Positions 48,087-57,903 of a DNA stretch of 64,000 nucleotides are shown piece after piece; the stretch's first letter is position 1; each line of letters starts with the position of its first letter. The position numbers and the translations under genes were made by a program. Under the pieces are notes generated by a model that worked only from the letters and a program-made list of their open reading frames with translations, did no database searches and was not told the origin of the DNA. Origin of the DNA: an uncultured Nitrospiraceae bacterium (GTDB taxonomy: Bacteria > Nitrospirota > Nitrospiria > Nitrospirales > Nitrospiraceae); NCBI GenBank assembly GCA_963846575.1, contig CAWJWJ010000001.1, positions 64,001-128,000 of the forward strand. The letters run 5' to 3'.

Positions 48087-48941
48087 TTAGTGCACGGTGA
48101 ATTCCGAGGTCATCCCCTGCGCGAAATGCGGTTTGCCGGTCACAGGATCAGGAAAGAAACACAACAATCCATAATGCCCTGGCTCGAACCGCACGTCAAA
48201 AAACGCGTGGTCACCCGCTTCCAGGCCGACCACCCCGCCCACCGGCGTGCCCGGCGGGGGACCGGAGGCATCCGGCTCAAAGGCCGCGGCCCAGTCTTTC
48301 GCCGTCGCGCCGGGATCCAGCTTGACCACCACGACCTCATGCGTCTGGGTCCCGTGATTCTTCACTTGAATGGTACGGGTCCCGGACGTCACCGCTCCGG
48401 AGAGGGAAAAGCGAAAGTCGGCCTGCGTGATGGTCAGGCCCGCCTTGGGCTCGGACGCCAGGGTCGGTCTCACGCCCTTGACCGACAGCGCCTTCAGCAT
48501 GCCGAGCGCTACATGCGGCACCCCCTTCTGATCGGGAATGAGGCAAACCAGGAGATAATCTCCCTCGCTCAGCAGCATAGTGGCGAGGGAGTCCCCCCCG
48601 GGAATCACCGCATTTGGGCCGCCGACGTACTTGATCCAGTTAGGAAACCTGTCCGGGTCCGCCTTGATGGCCGCGCGAAAATCCTCTGCCGTTTTCCCCT
48701 GGAGCAATTTGATCACTTGGATGTGGTGCGGAGCATGTCCCTGGTTGACGATCTGCAGCCTCGTCACGCCTGCAGGTATATGATCAGGCCCGGCAAACCC
48801 ATAGTCCTGTGCCACGAAGACGACGGGAGCCTCATCGGTGCGAGGCCCTGCCACAGCCTGCCGGCCGCCCGTCCAGTCAAGGGTGGTTGCCGATAACACG
48901 AACAGCCCCACTGCGAACAATCGGAACGATATGCGCTCCAT
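48087..48941 (-). CDS. Exported tandem cupredoxin-like protein
   Basis: Signal peptide; two repeats, each with H...C-x2-PD-x(n)-PH-x3-GM (CLIPDQKGVPHVALGM; CFFPDPVTGKPHFAQGM). Confidence 0.75.
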   Translation of the reverse strand: MERISFRLFAVGLFVLSATTLDWTGGRQAVAGPRTDEAPVVFVAQDYGFAGPDHIPAGVTRLQIVNQGHAPHHIQVIKLLQGKTAEDFRAAIKADPDRFPNWIKYVGGPNAVIPGGDSLATMLLSEGDYLLVCLIPDQKGVPHVALGMLKALSVKGVRPTLASEPKAGLTITQADFRFSLSGAVTSGTRTIQVKNHGTQTHEVVVVKLDPGATAKDWAAAFEPDASGPPPGTPVGGVVGLEAGDHAFFDVRFEPGHYGLLCFFPDPVTGKPHFAQGMTSEFTVH

Positions 48942-49051
48942 GGAACACTCCTTTCAATTGAGAGGTCACGGATATCATTGAGCCTGGTTGAACGTCCTGG
49001 CCATCCTCGTTTGGCCAGGCGCAACCTACCATGACGGGTCGAGCAGCGGAT

Positions 49052-49089
49052 CCTAAGAATATGCTATCGTCCGCCTAATAAATTCCTAA
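49052..49089. promoter_or_regulatory. 11-bp-phased direct repeats in the divergent promoter
   Basis: CCTAA at 49052, GCTAT at 49063, CCTAA at 49074, CCTAA at 49085. Confidence 0.5.
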
Positions 49090-49110
49090 ACTCCCATTCG
49101 ACGGCATCCC

Positions 49111-49566
49111 ATGATCCCCTCACAGGTGGCCCAGCTGCTGCAAACCGGCGTCTCCGTCATGGTGGGGACCAGGGATGCCGCGCTCATGCCCGAATCCACC
49201 AGAGCCTGGGGGATCCGTGTGGAGCCGGACGGCGCCTCCGTCACGCTCTTTCTCACGGAAGCCGTTTCCCGCAAAACGATAGAGAACCTGCGGGAGAACG
49301 GGCTCATCGCCATCAGTTGCACCAGACCCACGGACCATGTGGCGTGCCAACTCAAGGGACGGCTCCGTACCATCCGGCCCGCGGCCCCTGGCGACCGCGA
49401 CTGCACTCGAACATGGCACCGTGGATTCATCGAGGAACTCGTCGCGATCGGTGTTCCGGCGCAGGTATGCGAGGGCTGGATCACCGAACCGGCGCTGGCC
49501 GTTGTAATCCAGGTCACGGATATCTTCCACCAGACGCCGGGACCCGGTGCCGGAGAAAAGGCCTAG
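49111..49566 (+). CDS. Pyridoxamine 5'-phosphate oxidase-like (FMN-binding split barrel) protein
   Basis: VGTRDAALMP...TIENLRENG.IA...QLKG...IFHQTPGPGAG. Confidence 0.8.
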   Translation: MIPSQVAQLLQTGVSVMVGTRDAALMPESTRAWGIRVEPDGASVTLFLTEAVSRKTIENLRENGLIAISCTRPTDHVACQLKGRLRTIRPAAPGDRDCTRTWHRGFIEELVAIGVPAQVCEGWITEPALAVVIQVTDIFHQTPGPGAGEKA

Positions 49567-49569
49567 AGC

Positions 49570-50958
49570 GTGGAAGCGCGCGCGCCGCAACTGGAGGATC
49601 TTTGGCCCTGTCTCCAGGGAATCGTCCCGGCGGCATTAAGCACCTGTGCGCGCGACGGCACGCCCAATATCACCTTCGTCAGCCAGATCCACTTTGTCGA
49701 TGCGACCCACGTCGCGATTTCGCATCAATTCTTCAACAAGACGCACCGCAACGTACGCGAGAATCCGTTGGCCTGCGCCATGGTGCTCGATCCTCGAACG
49801 CTGCGGTCCTATCGGCTCTACCTCCGCTATCATCACTCCGAATCGTCCGGCCCGCTGTTCGATTCCATGTCGCTGCAATTGCAGGCGATCGCGTCCCACG
49901 CCGGCATGACCGACGTCTTTCGCTTACGAGCCGCCGATGTCTATGAGGTGTTGCGCATCGAATCGGTCGAAGGGTTCACCAGGCTGCCCGATGCGCCGCT
50001 CGCTGAACGGCCCTCCCGCCTGTTCGTCCATCAGGACCTCGAGTCACTCCGGCTCTTCGGCGAACGGTTGAACCGCGCCGAACTATTGAGCGACCTGTTG
50101 GAGGCCTCCCTGCAGCAGCTTGATGAGTTGTTCGGTTTCCACCATGCGATGATTCTTCTGGCGGATGAACGAAACGCGAAGCTATTTACCATTGCCAGCC
50201 GCGGGTATCCGGAACATGGAGTGGGCTCCGAAGTCGGCATGGGCGAGGGCTTGATCGGGATGGTGGCCAGAGCCAGGCATGCCCTTCGACTGTCGGCCAT
50301 CGATCACAGCCTGCGATATGCCCGCGCGGTGCGGGATCGGGCGGAGGCGTTCGCCGGAGCAGAAGCGGTCTGCCGGGAAATCCCGCTTCCTGGCCTTCCA
50401 GGCGCGGCGGGCCAGATTGCGGTCCCGCTGCTGGCGCGCGGTCGCCTTGTGGGCGTGCTCGCGGTCGAAAGCACGGAACCGCTGGCCTTCATGTCTCGCG
50501 AAGACACTCTCTTGACGATCATGGCCACTCAGCTGGCAACCGGAATCGACCAGCTCAGCCGGGAGATGGAAGACTCTTCACCAACCAGCGCCGGCAAATC
50601 CAGGCCTGCTAAGACAGGCAGCCCGTCACGGGCCAGCCGGCACTTCTGTTTTTTTCACCGGGATGACTGCATGTTTGTGGATGGCGAGTACCTGATCCGG
50701 AACGTGCCGGGGCGGATTCTCTGGCGTCTGCTGACAGGTCTGCGCAACGAGGGCCGGTCCGAGTTCACGAACCGCGAACTACGCATGGACTCCTGGCTCG
50801 GACTCCCCGAAATCAAGGATAACCTGGAAAGCCGGTTGATCCTGCTGCGTAAACGGATGGAACAGAAGTGCCCGGAGGTCCGGCTCGTCCCACGAGGACG
50901 CGGCCGGTTTGCACTGGAAACCGAGGTCGCGATCGAACTCTCGGAAAAGGACACCTAG
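49570..50958 (+). CDS. Split-barrel + GAF + C-terminal winged-helix putative regulator
   Basis: DGTPNITFVSQ...QFFNKT (split barrel); GEGLIG...VPLLARGRLVGVL (GAF); FTNRELR...NLESRLILLRKR...GRGRF (wHTH-like). Confidence 0.8.
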   Translation: MEARAPQLEDLWPCLQGIVPAALSTCARDGTPNITFVSQIHFVDATHVAISHQFFNKTHRNVRENPLACAMVLDPRTLRSYRLYLRYHHSESSGPLFDSMSLQLQAIASHAGMTDVFRLRAADVYEVLRIESVEGFTRLPDAPLAERPSRLFVHQDLESLRLFGERLNRAELLSDLLEASLQQLDELFGFHHAMILLADERNAKLFTIASRGYPEHGVGSEVGMGEGLIGMVARARHALRLSAIDHSLRYARAVRDRAEAFAGAEAVCREIPLPGLPGAAGQIAVPLLARGRLVGVLAVESTEPLAFMSREDTLLTIMATQLATGIDQLSREMEDSSPTSAGKSRPAKTGSPSRASRHFCFFHRDDCMFVDGEYLIRNVPGRILWRLLTGLRNEGRSEFTNRELRMDSWLGLPEIKDNLESRLILLRKRMEQKCPEVRLVPRGRGRFALETEVAIELSEKDT

Positions 50959-50994
50959 TCCGTACCCGTCATCCCCCAATCAGCGACCTCACCC

Positions 50995-51483
50995 TCACAA
51001 CCCGAAGGCGGAGCGGATCTGCCGCACGATCTCCCGCGGAGGCAGTGCGGCGTCGACCAGGAGGGCATCATCCGGTTCCTCCAGGATTGCGAACTGGCTG
51101 TTCAGGAGTTCCTCCCGCATGAAGTGATCCGTCCGGTGGGACAGGCGTCGACGGAAGAGATCTTTGCTCCCCTTCAGATACACCAACCGGAGATGGGAAT
51201 CACACCCGTTCGCCACAAAGGCTCGATAACGCGCTTTCAAAATCGAACAAGCCAGAACGGCCGGTTGATCTCTACTGATGCGATCAACGATGGCGGAATG
51301 CATCCGCTCGAGCCATGGCTGGCGATCGGCATCCGTGAGCGCATGGCCCTGCCGCATCTTTTCGACATTCGCCGCCGGGTGAAAATCATCGCCGTCGGAG
51401 AACTGCCAGCCCAGTTCATCCGCCAGGCAGCGGCCAACCGTCGATTTTCCTGCGCCAGCGACGCCCATGACCAGAATGACCAC
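50995..51483 (-). CDS. gntK: Gluconokinase (GntK/IdnK family)
   Basis: MGVAGAGKSTVG, DGDDFHP..N..KM..G..LTD.DR.PW, ACS.LK, HFM...L.SQF..LE.P. Confidence 0.9.
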   Translation of the reverse strand: MVILVMGVAGAGKSTVGRCLADELGWQFSDGDDFHPAANVEKMRQGHALTDADRQPWLERMHSAIVDRISRDQPAVLACSILKARYRAFVANGCDSHLRLVYLKGSKDLFRRRLSHRTDHFMREELLNSQFAILEEPDDALLVDAALPPREIVRQIRSAFGL

Positions 51484-51552
51484 GTTGCTTAAACTTTCTC
51501 GATCTGCCGCAATACCAGAGTTCGGAGATGGGCCTTGTCTCCACCCCGCCAT

Positions 51553-51900
51553 TCAAGGAAGCCGGGTGCTCCCCGTATCAACAGTCAGATGCGCGATGAT
51601 GATGTTGGCGTCACGGATGGGATCGACCGTAAACGCGGCCGCATCCCGTTGCGTCACAGCGGTGCTCAGTCGTTCAGCCGCTTCCCGGACCGATGTGGGG
51701 AAACCCGCACGCCGGTGAATCTGTCGCAGATGCTCCATGGCATCTCCATGCCAAGGCGGCTCAGCCCTGCGCGACAGCCATGATGCAGCAGCCAGCGCAA
51801 CGGCACGACGGGCACAGACTCGCGCTTTCCCTTCATTGCCGGTTGTCCAGGCAGCCACAGCCGCACGGAGTTCTTGCTCGACCGAGGATGGAGCAGTCAT
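51553..51900 (-). CDS. Hypothetical protein, 115 aa
   Basis: GNEGKARVCARRA motif; preceded by TTGACA-18-TAGCGT. Confidence 0.7.
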   Translation of the reverse strand: MTAPSSVEQELRAAVAAWTTGNEGKARVCARRAVALAAASWLSRRAEPPWHGDAMEHLRQIHRRAGFPTSVREAAERLSTAVTQRDAAAFTVDPIRDANIIIAHLTVDTGSTRLP

Positions 51901-52110
51901 GAAGCAATACGCTACGTGGCTTTCCTCTTAGCTGTCAACGTTGGCAGCGTCCGAAAAGTCGCAGGACGGATCTGCTCCGGGCAGCTCATCGCTGGAAGAA
52001 GCGGTGCGATGGGACATTGTTCCCTTTCCGCAATTCCGCTATCATCGCGCCGGCCAATCGAAACGTGCAAACGGCGATTGCCGGCGGCAGGAAACCTCGA
52101 CCCCCCTCAC

Positions 52111-52359
52111 ATGATCTGGACCGTCTACATCATCGAATGTACTGATGGCAGTCTCTACACAGGGATCACGAACGATGTGGAGCGGCGGATGAAGGCCCAC
52201 GCCGACGGCAGAGGCGCGAAATACACCAGGCGTCGTGGACCGTTCACGCTACGGTATACCGAACGGCACGCCGACAAGGGTGCTGCCCTGCAGCGTGAGG
52301 CCGCGATTAAATCGCTAGCGCGATCGGCGAAGGCGGCCTTGTTCTCGGTTGGTCGGTGA
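52111..52359 (+). CDS. GIY-YIG nuclease family protein (YhbQ/YazA-like)
   Basis: WTVYIIECTDGSLYTGITND..RR...H..G.GAKYTR; ALQRE..IK. Confidence 0.88.
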   Translation: MIWTVYIIECTDGSLYTGITNDVERRMKAHADGRGAKYTRRRGPFTLRYTERHADKGAALQREAAIKSLARSAKAALFSVGR

Positions 52360-52537
52360 GCTCGCGACACCGGGGACACTGACTTGAATGCCCCGTTCTG
52401 TCTATTGTTCAGCCGAGGCCGTTGAAACGAGAATTACGGCGTAGGTTGGCCTGGCATCACCCGGAAGGAGTTCGTCGCAGCATTCTCCGCAGGCTGTTTT
52501 CTGGCACAGACATCTTCCCACCCGCCCGAGGCTCCCT

Positions 52538-53092
52538 TCACGCTTTTTTTGCAACCTTCGTCTTAGGCGTAGGACTCTGCCGGGTCTTTTTCTTTTCCGC
52601 TCCGCCCAACACAATGACCGGTTTCTTCGGAGAAAACGCCTCTTCGATGCGACTTTTCCCGTTCGTGGTGAGGATCACGAGACCCTCGTGGTCCTCGATA
52701 CGTTGCAGGAGATAGGACCGGTCGGCATTCGCATAGCGGTCATGGGCATCATGCACCTGCGTGCGCTTTCCAAACAATTCATCGGCTTCGTCGAAGAACA
52801 GGATCGACCCGTGCCGGTTCGCCATGTCGAACACACGATTCAGGTTCTTCTCCGTTTCGCCGATGTGTTTGCTGACGACCGCCGACAGATCCACGCTGGC
52901 CAGGTCTAGTTGCAGTTCCCCGGCCAACACCTCGGCAGCCTTCTGCCGGCGGAGAGCCGTCGCTCCGGAGAGCACGATGACCGCGCCGGATGGCTGATTC
53001 GCACGGATTGCTTTCGCTCGACGCACCGGCGCGATCTTCTTTTTCTGCACCGCGGATTTCGTTCCTCGCCGACGGACTACTGTACCTGCCAT
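52538..53092 (-). CDS. Truncated AAA-ATPase-like protein with a degenerate P-loop and basic tails (paralogue 2)
   Basis: VVSKHIGETEKNLNRVFD, ILFFDEADELFGKRT.V.DAHDRYAN, LLQRIE, ILTTN; the Walker A position reads LSGATALRRQKAAE; SD GGAGG. Confidence 0.82.
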   Translation of the reverse strand: MAGTVVRRRGTKSAVQKKKIAPVRRAKAIRANQPSGAVIVLSGATALRRQKAAEVLAGELQLDLASVDLSAVVSKHIGETEKNLNRVFDMANRHGSILFFDEADELFGKRTQVHDAHDRYANADRSYLLQRIEDHEGLVILTTNGKSRIEEAFSPKKPVIVLGGAEKKKTRQSPTPKTKVAKKA

Positions 53093-53265
53093 GCCTGCCT
53101 CCCCCTCCGATTCTTCGATTGCCTGATCGTCTGACTCGATCGCCCGCGTTCAGGAGCCCCTTACGATGATCGCGTTCGCGGAGGCCGGAGTATACCTGGT
53201 TCCACATCCGGCTTGTGCACTTCTTCCATCATGGAGGAGAGAAAACTGTTAACGGCGGGGCTGCA

Positions 53266-53838
53266 TCATAAGCGATTCGCTGCCGCTCGGCCTAACTCTT
53301 CGAGGAGCTTGAGCGCATCGGCTCTGCCGCGTTTCGCCAATTGCGTCGACATCAGCGTCAGCTGAAGCCCTTTCCGTTGTGCGAGGAGCATGGCGCTGTC
53401 CGTTAAGAATCCTTTTTTTTCGTCCGCCGTCTCTACAATAGCTCTGGCTTGGTCGCCCACATCCTTGATGATCTCATAACGGACATGCTGGTTCGCTCCC
53501 GCTTTTAACGGATCGAGAAACATGAGCGCCATGCCACGGATTTCTGTTTCGATGGTGTCCTGTTCGCCTTGGTAAACCTGGAGGGAGAACCGGCCGCCGG
53601 AATGATCCCAGAGACAGGAGACGGTACCGTACTCTTCCAGGCTGTGATCGATCGTACCGGACTTCGCGTCGGGAAAGGCGCGACGGACCTCAGCGGCGGT
53701 CAACAGTTTGCAGGGATCCACTGCCGGCGCGCTGCTTTTGATCAGGATGGGTGACGACCCTGCCGGGGCATCAATGGGAAGCGAGAGCGCCCAGACAGTC
53801 ACGGAGACACAGAAAAGGAATCGGATGGTCAATCCCAT
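53266..53838 (-). CDS. Exported hypothetical protein (DUF3558-like)
   Basis: Signal peptide; DPCKLLT...C.W...VGDQA pattern. Confidence 0.65.
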   Translation of the reverse strand: MGLTIRFLFCVSVTVWALSLPIDAPAGSSPILIKSSAPAVDPCKLLTAAEVRRAFPDAKSGTIDHSLEEYGTVSCLWDHSGGRFSLQVYQGEQDTIETEIRGMALMFLDPLKAGANQHVRYEIIKDVGDQARAIVETADEKKGFLTDSAMLLAQRKGLQLTLMSTQLAKRGRADALKLLEELGRAAANRL

Positions 53839-53999
53839 GAAATTCCCCTGGGCCGGTTCAGTGACGTGTGTGCCGATTCAATGGAGGCTGTCGTGATCGT
53901 CGCAGCATACCGCGGCCTGTGCTCCCGCCGCGCCCACGTGAAACGCGCAGAGCTCCATCCCGTGACTGCCGAGGGAACAGGGACCCGGCGGCGCGGCGC

Positions 54000-54359
54000 T
54001 CAGGTCTCCATCATTTCCAGACGTGCATCAAACTCGTGGCCGCAAGCGGTACAGCGGATGCAATCCGATTCGACGGTGAGTTCGTCAGCGCGAATGCCCA
54101 TGCCGCCGCAATCGGGGCAGCGGGCCAGATGGATCCGCTCATCATTGACCGTCTCGTACTGCACGCCACGCAGGCAATAGACCGGCTTGCCATCCAGCTG
54201 CCAGGGCTTGCCGGCATTGTCGAGCACCGGCACGCTGATATAGTGATGTTTCACATACTCGTCCAGTGCCTGTCGGGTTGCGAATCCATCCTGAATGAGT
54301 TTGCCGCTGACGGCCTCGTGGAGTGCTAATCCCTTGACGATCGCCTTGGTAGGACCCAT
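54000..54359 (-). CDS. Hypothetical protein with a C-terminal zinc ribbon
   Basis: CPDCGG...CTACGHEF; SD GAGGAGG. Confidence 0.78.
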   Translation of the reverse strand: MGPTKAIVKGLALHEAVSGKLIQDGFATRQALDEYVKHHYISVPVLDNAGKPWQLDGKPVYCLRGVQYETVNDERIHLARCPDCGGMGIRADELTVESDCIRCTACGHEFDARLEMMET

Positions 54360-54527
54360 GCCAGACCTCCTCTTGTGTGGGATGCAGAATAAGCCCCCGG
54401 CATCATGCGCGACTCGCGCATCCCTCGAGTATGTTTCGAACGGGTCCGGTTCACTCCTCGCTCTCACGGGCGGCGGTCTTGACGAGCGCGCCTGTGAGCG
54501 TCCGGTGACGACGCCCGCTCGATGTGG

Positions 54528-55298
54528 CTAGACCACACCCGAGTAATACCGCAGAATGTTGGACACGGAGATCACCCCGATGATCGCCCCGTCTTGAGTC
54601 ACGGCCAGATGCCGGGTGGATTCATCTTTCATCATGCGTACCGCTTCAATGATGGGCCGGTCGCCGGCAATCGCCACGACCGGCCGGCGCATGCAGCCCT
54701 TGACGGCCGTGTCGGCATTCACGCCGTGGGCGACCCCGGAGCGGGCGAGCATCGCGTCGGTGATGAACCCGACGTAGGCCTGCTTGTCCGTCAGGAGGAG
54801 ACATCCCAGTTTGCCCTGCTCCATCAACTGCGCGGCTTCGCGCAAGCTGGCATCCTGAGACAGGCTGCGAACGTCGGACGACATGTGCTCGGCCACCTGC
54901 GGACCGATGAGCGCCTGCCGGCTGGCTTGCGTTTGTTTTGGCTCCGCAGCGCGGCGGGCTTCCAACTCTGCCACGCAGCTCTCCAGCACACGGCTGCGTT
55001 GCAACAGGCGTTGCCGCTGACTCTCCACGCCGGCGCTTTCCGGCGCTTCGTCCGTCATGTTGACCAGTCCGGCGGCTTCGCCGAATTGTGCATATTCATA
55101 GGCGTCCAGCAACTCCGACGTTTCTCCGAGCACATCCGCGATCAGGTCTTCGGTTTCCTGATCGAACTCCTCCAGGGAGCGCTTGGGAATGCCCTTGCCC
55201 AAATAGGGAGCTAACTCGGTCAACTGCTTGCGGAGGCGCTCGATACTTCTGTCGAGAGAGATCCTGGCTCGTTTCGGAGTCGCACGTGTCGTAGACAT
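54528..55298 (-). CDS. CBS-pair protein with an unnamed N-terminal helical domain
   Basis: Tandem CBS (SLREAAQLM...VGFITD; RHLAV...IGVISVSNIL); SD GGAGG. Confidence 0.88.
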   Translation of the reverse strand: MSTTRATPKRARISLDRSIERLRKQLTELAPYLGKGIPKRSLEEFDQETEDLIADVLGETSELLDAYEYAQFGEAAGLVNMTDEAPESAGVESQRQRLLQRSRVLESCVAELEARRAAEPKQTQASRQALIGPQVAEHMSSDVRSLSQDASLREAAQLMEQGKLGCLLLTDKQAYVGFITDAMLARSGVAHGVNADTAVKGCMRRPVVAIAGDRPIIEAVRMMKDESTRHLAVTQDGAIIGVISVSNILRYYSGVV

Positions 55299-55486
55299 GG
55301 CACCTCCTGTCTGTGGCGCGGGGGCGGGATGGCCGATCTTACCCCTCTCGATCACACGAGGCAAGCGCTCGGTTCAGGGATTCGCGCTCTTGACCTCTCC
55401 GACGAGCGGGAGCATGCTGTCGAATGATGCCGCATGTCATCCCACGGCCTGCTCCGGACCGGCACCATTCGGACGCCAGCGACAGA

Positions 55487-56494
55487 ATGAGACCATTCCG
55501 GTCCCTTGCCCCCAGGTCGATCAGCTATCGAGTCGGTCTGATGCCGGGGTTGTTCCTCGCGGTGCTGTTTTGCCTCGGACAACCGACCCTGGCACTCTCC
55601 GACCCGGCCGCTGCGCCCGAGGGTGCTGCGACCAACAGGCTCTCCGGACAAGAATTGCTCCGCATCGGTGAGATCCACGACCATCAACATCATTTCCTCG
55701 AAACCTTGACGTATTACCAACTGGCCCTCTCGAGGTTCCGGGAGAAGCGGGAGCCGCCGGGCATCGCCGCCGCCCTGGTGAAAATTGCACGGGTGTATGA
55801 GCGCCAGGGAAAACTTCAGGAGGCCTATGCCTCCCTGCAGGAAGCCGTCTCCATCCTGGATCGATCGCCCGACCGCGCGGCCCATGCAGGGGCGCTCCTC
55901 GTCATGGGGCGCGTCGCATCCCGTCTGGGACAACGCGGCGAGGCGCGTGACTCGTTCTCCCGGGCCGTCGCCGGATTCAAGGCCGTCAAAAATTCACGGG
56001 GATGGAATGAGGCGCTTGGCCAGTTGGGGATGCTGGAGATTGATGAGGGAAGGGCCGAGGCCGGGCTGGCGCTCCTGCAACAAGCACAACAGGACGCCCG
56101 CACGCGCCAGGATGCGGAGCAGCGACTCATCGCGATTCTCGCACTGGGCGATGCCCACTGGCTCCTGGGTCGAATGACCGATGCCCGCATACACTATAGC
56201 GATGGCCTGCAGCTCGCGCAGGCGGAACATCTCTTGCCGTTCGAAGCGAGACTCCGGCTTCGTCTCGCGCAACTCGACAACGAGGAAGGGCAGTTGAACG
56301 ATGGCATCGTGTTGGGAAAGCGGGCGCTGATCCTCTCACAAACCTTGCGGGATCCTGTCACCGAAGCCGCGGCCTGGTCGCTCCTGGCCGACCTGTATCG
56401 AAAGACGGAACGGGAGTACGAGGCTGAGGAAGCCGACAAGCGCGCCTTGGCCATTTATCGAAGCCGGGAGATGTTCGTGCACGGAATCCGCTAA
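55487..56494 (+). CDS. Tetratricopeptide-repeat protein with an N-terminal signal/TM segment
   Basis: Repeated TPR helices (A..L..LG......G....A.....AL); start uncertain (55424-55541). Confidence 0.8.
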   Translation: MRPFRSLAPRSISYRVGLMPGLFLAVLFCLGQPTLALSDPAAAPEGAATNRLSGQELLRIGEIHDHQHHFLETLTYYQLALSRFREKREPPGIAAALVKIARVYERQGKLQEAYASLQEAVSILDRSPDRAAHAGALLVMGRVASRLGQRGEARDSFSRAVAGFKAVKNSRGWNEALGQLGMLEIDEGRAEAGLALLQQAQQDARTRQDAEQRLIAILALGDAHWLLGRMTDARIHYSDGLQLAQAEHLLPFEARLRLRLAQLDNEEGQLNDGIVLGKRALILSQTLRDPVTEAAAWSLLADLYRKTEREYEAEEADKRALAIYRSREMFVHGIR

Positions 56495-56565
56495 GGGGTT
56501 GGTTGAACAGCTCCCTGCCGCACGTTCCGCAACCGGCCCTTCCTGAACGACAGAGCTCCCGGCGT

Positions 56566-57795
56566 CTAACCAGCCGCTTTCGTTGCCCGCCCGGCAACGG
56601 CCATCGCCACCAGCAACAAGAGGGTCGAGAGCAGATAGGGTGCGCCCGGGAGATGCCAATCGGCCTGCGGCCCGATAAAGGCGGCAAAGGTTTGGGTGAA
56701 CAGACTCGGACCGATCAGGCCGGCGATACCGGTGAGGCTCGCAATCGCGCCCTGCAGCTGTCCCTGTTCGGACGAACTCACACGGCGCGTCATGAAGACC
56801 TGCGCGGAGGGACCGGCCAGCCCCCAGAAGGCCGTGATCGGAATGCCGAGGCAATAGAGGGTCGGGGTTGGCGCAAGACCATAAATGGCAAGGCCGGTCG
56901 CGCCGCAGAAGTAACCGGTGAGCATGGTGCGGCGCTCCCCCAATCGCGCGGTGATCGGCTTCACCAGCGTCCCTTGAACGATCATCGCACAGACTCCGAC
57001 CGCCGCGAGCGTAAAGCCGACAGCCGACGGTCCCCAGCCATACCGATACCCTAAGTACAACACAGCGACGCTCGGCAGCACGACATGCGCCAGATTCATG
57101 AGAAAGTTGGCCGCCGCAAGCCCGAAGAGTTCAGGATGGGAGCGCAGGAGCACGAGCGATCCGATCGGGTTGGCCCGTCGCCATCTGAATGGCGCGCGTC
57201 TCGCGAGCGGGAGCGATTCCGGCAGCACGAAATATCCGTAACAGGCGTTGAGCAGGCTGGTCGCCGCCGCGCCCCAAAAGGGCCAGCGTGGATCGATCGC
57301 ACCCAGCAATCCGCCCACTGCCGGCCCCAGGATAAACCCCAGCCCGAAGGCTGCCCCCATCATGCCGAATGCCCCGGCTCGTTTTTCCAGCGGGGTGACG
57401 TCCGCGATGTAGGCGCCAGCCGTACTGAAACTCGACGAAGCCATTCCGGAAATGACACGGCCCGCAAAGAGCCAGGCCAGGTTAGGAGCCAGGGCCATGA
57501 GGATGAAGTCGAGTCCCAGGCCGAGATTGGAGAGAAGCACCACAGGCCGTCGACCGAACCGGTCGGACAGCGCGCCCTGAACGGGCGAACAGATAAGTTG
57601 CATCAACGCCCATGACGTGCCCATGAGGCCGTAAATCTCCGCCGCCTGGGACGTGTCGCCGCCCATGAAATCCTCGACGAGCCTGGGCAGGACAGGAATG
57701 ATGATCCCGAAAGACAACATGTCGAGCACGACGGTGACGAGGATAAAGAAGACCGCCGCCTGGCGCGGATGAGCTGAAGGGGGAGACTGGCTCAT
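56566..57795 (-). CDS. TetA-like (DHA1) MFS efflux transporter
   Basis: LDMLSFGIIIPVLP, LSDRFGRRPV, AYIADVT, GFILGPAVGG, QGQLQG. Confidence 0.9.
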   Translation of the reverse strand: MSQSPPSAHPRQAAVFFILVTVVLDMLSFGIIIPVLPRLVEDFMGGDTSQAAEIYGLMGTSWALMQLICSPVQGALSDRFGRRPVVLLSNLGLGLDFILMALAPNLAWLFAGRVISGMASSSFSTAGAYIADVTPLEKRAGAFGMMGAAFGLGFILGPAVGGLLGAIDPRWPFWGAAATSLLNACYGYFVLPESLPLARRAPFRWRRANPIGSLVLLRSHPELFGLAAANFLMNLAHVVLPSVAVLYLGYRYGWGPSAVGFTLAAVGVCAMIVQGTLVKPITARLGERRTMLTGYFCGATGLAIYGLAPTPTLYCLGIPITAFWGLAGPSAQVFMTRRVSSSEQGQLQGAIASLTGIAGLIGPSLFTQTFAAFIGPQADWHLPGAPYLLSTLLLLVAMAVAGRATKAAG

Positions 57796-57903
57796 GGGGT
57801 GGGTCATCCTAACAGGCTCACAAGCCGGGCGTATAGCATCGCGCCACGCAGGGAGGTGGGACTTCGGCCCATTTCCTGGAAGGATTTCTGCTACGATCCC
57901 TCG

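Noticed and set aside
52111..52359. GIY-YIG as a homing endonuclease or mobile element
   Set aside because: Short stand-alone YhbQ-like form with no intron, intein or flanking repeats
52538..53092. AAA proteins as markers of a contractile injection system (Afp15/Pvc15-like)
   Set aside because: No sheath, tube, baseplate or spike genes in the window, and both proteins lack Walker A
56566..57795. Acquired tetracycline resistance gene
   Set aside because: TetA-like family only; no tetR or mobile context, and the composition resembles its neighbours
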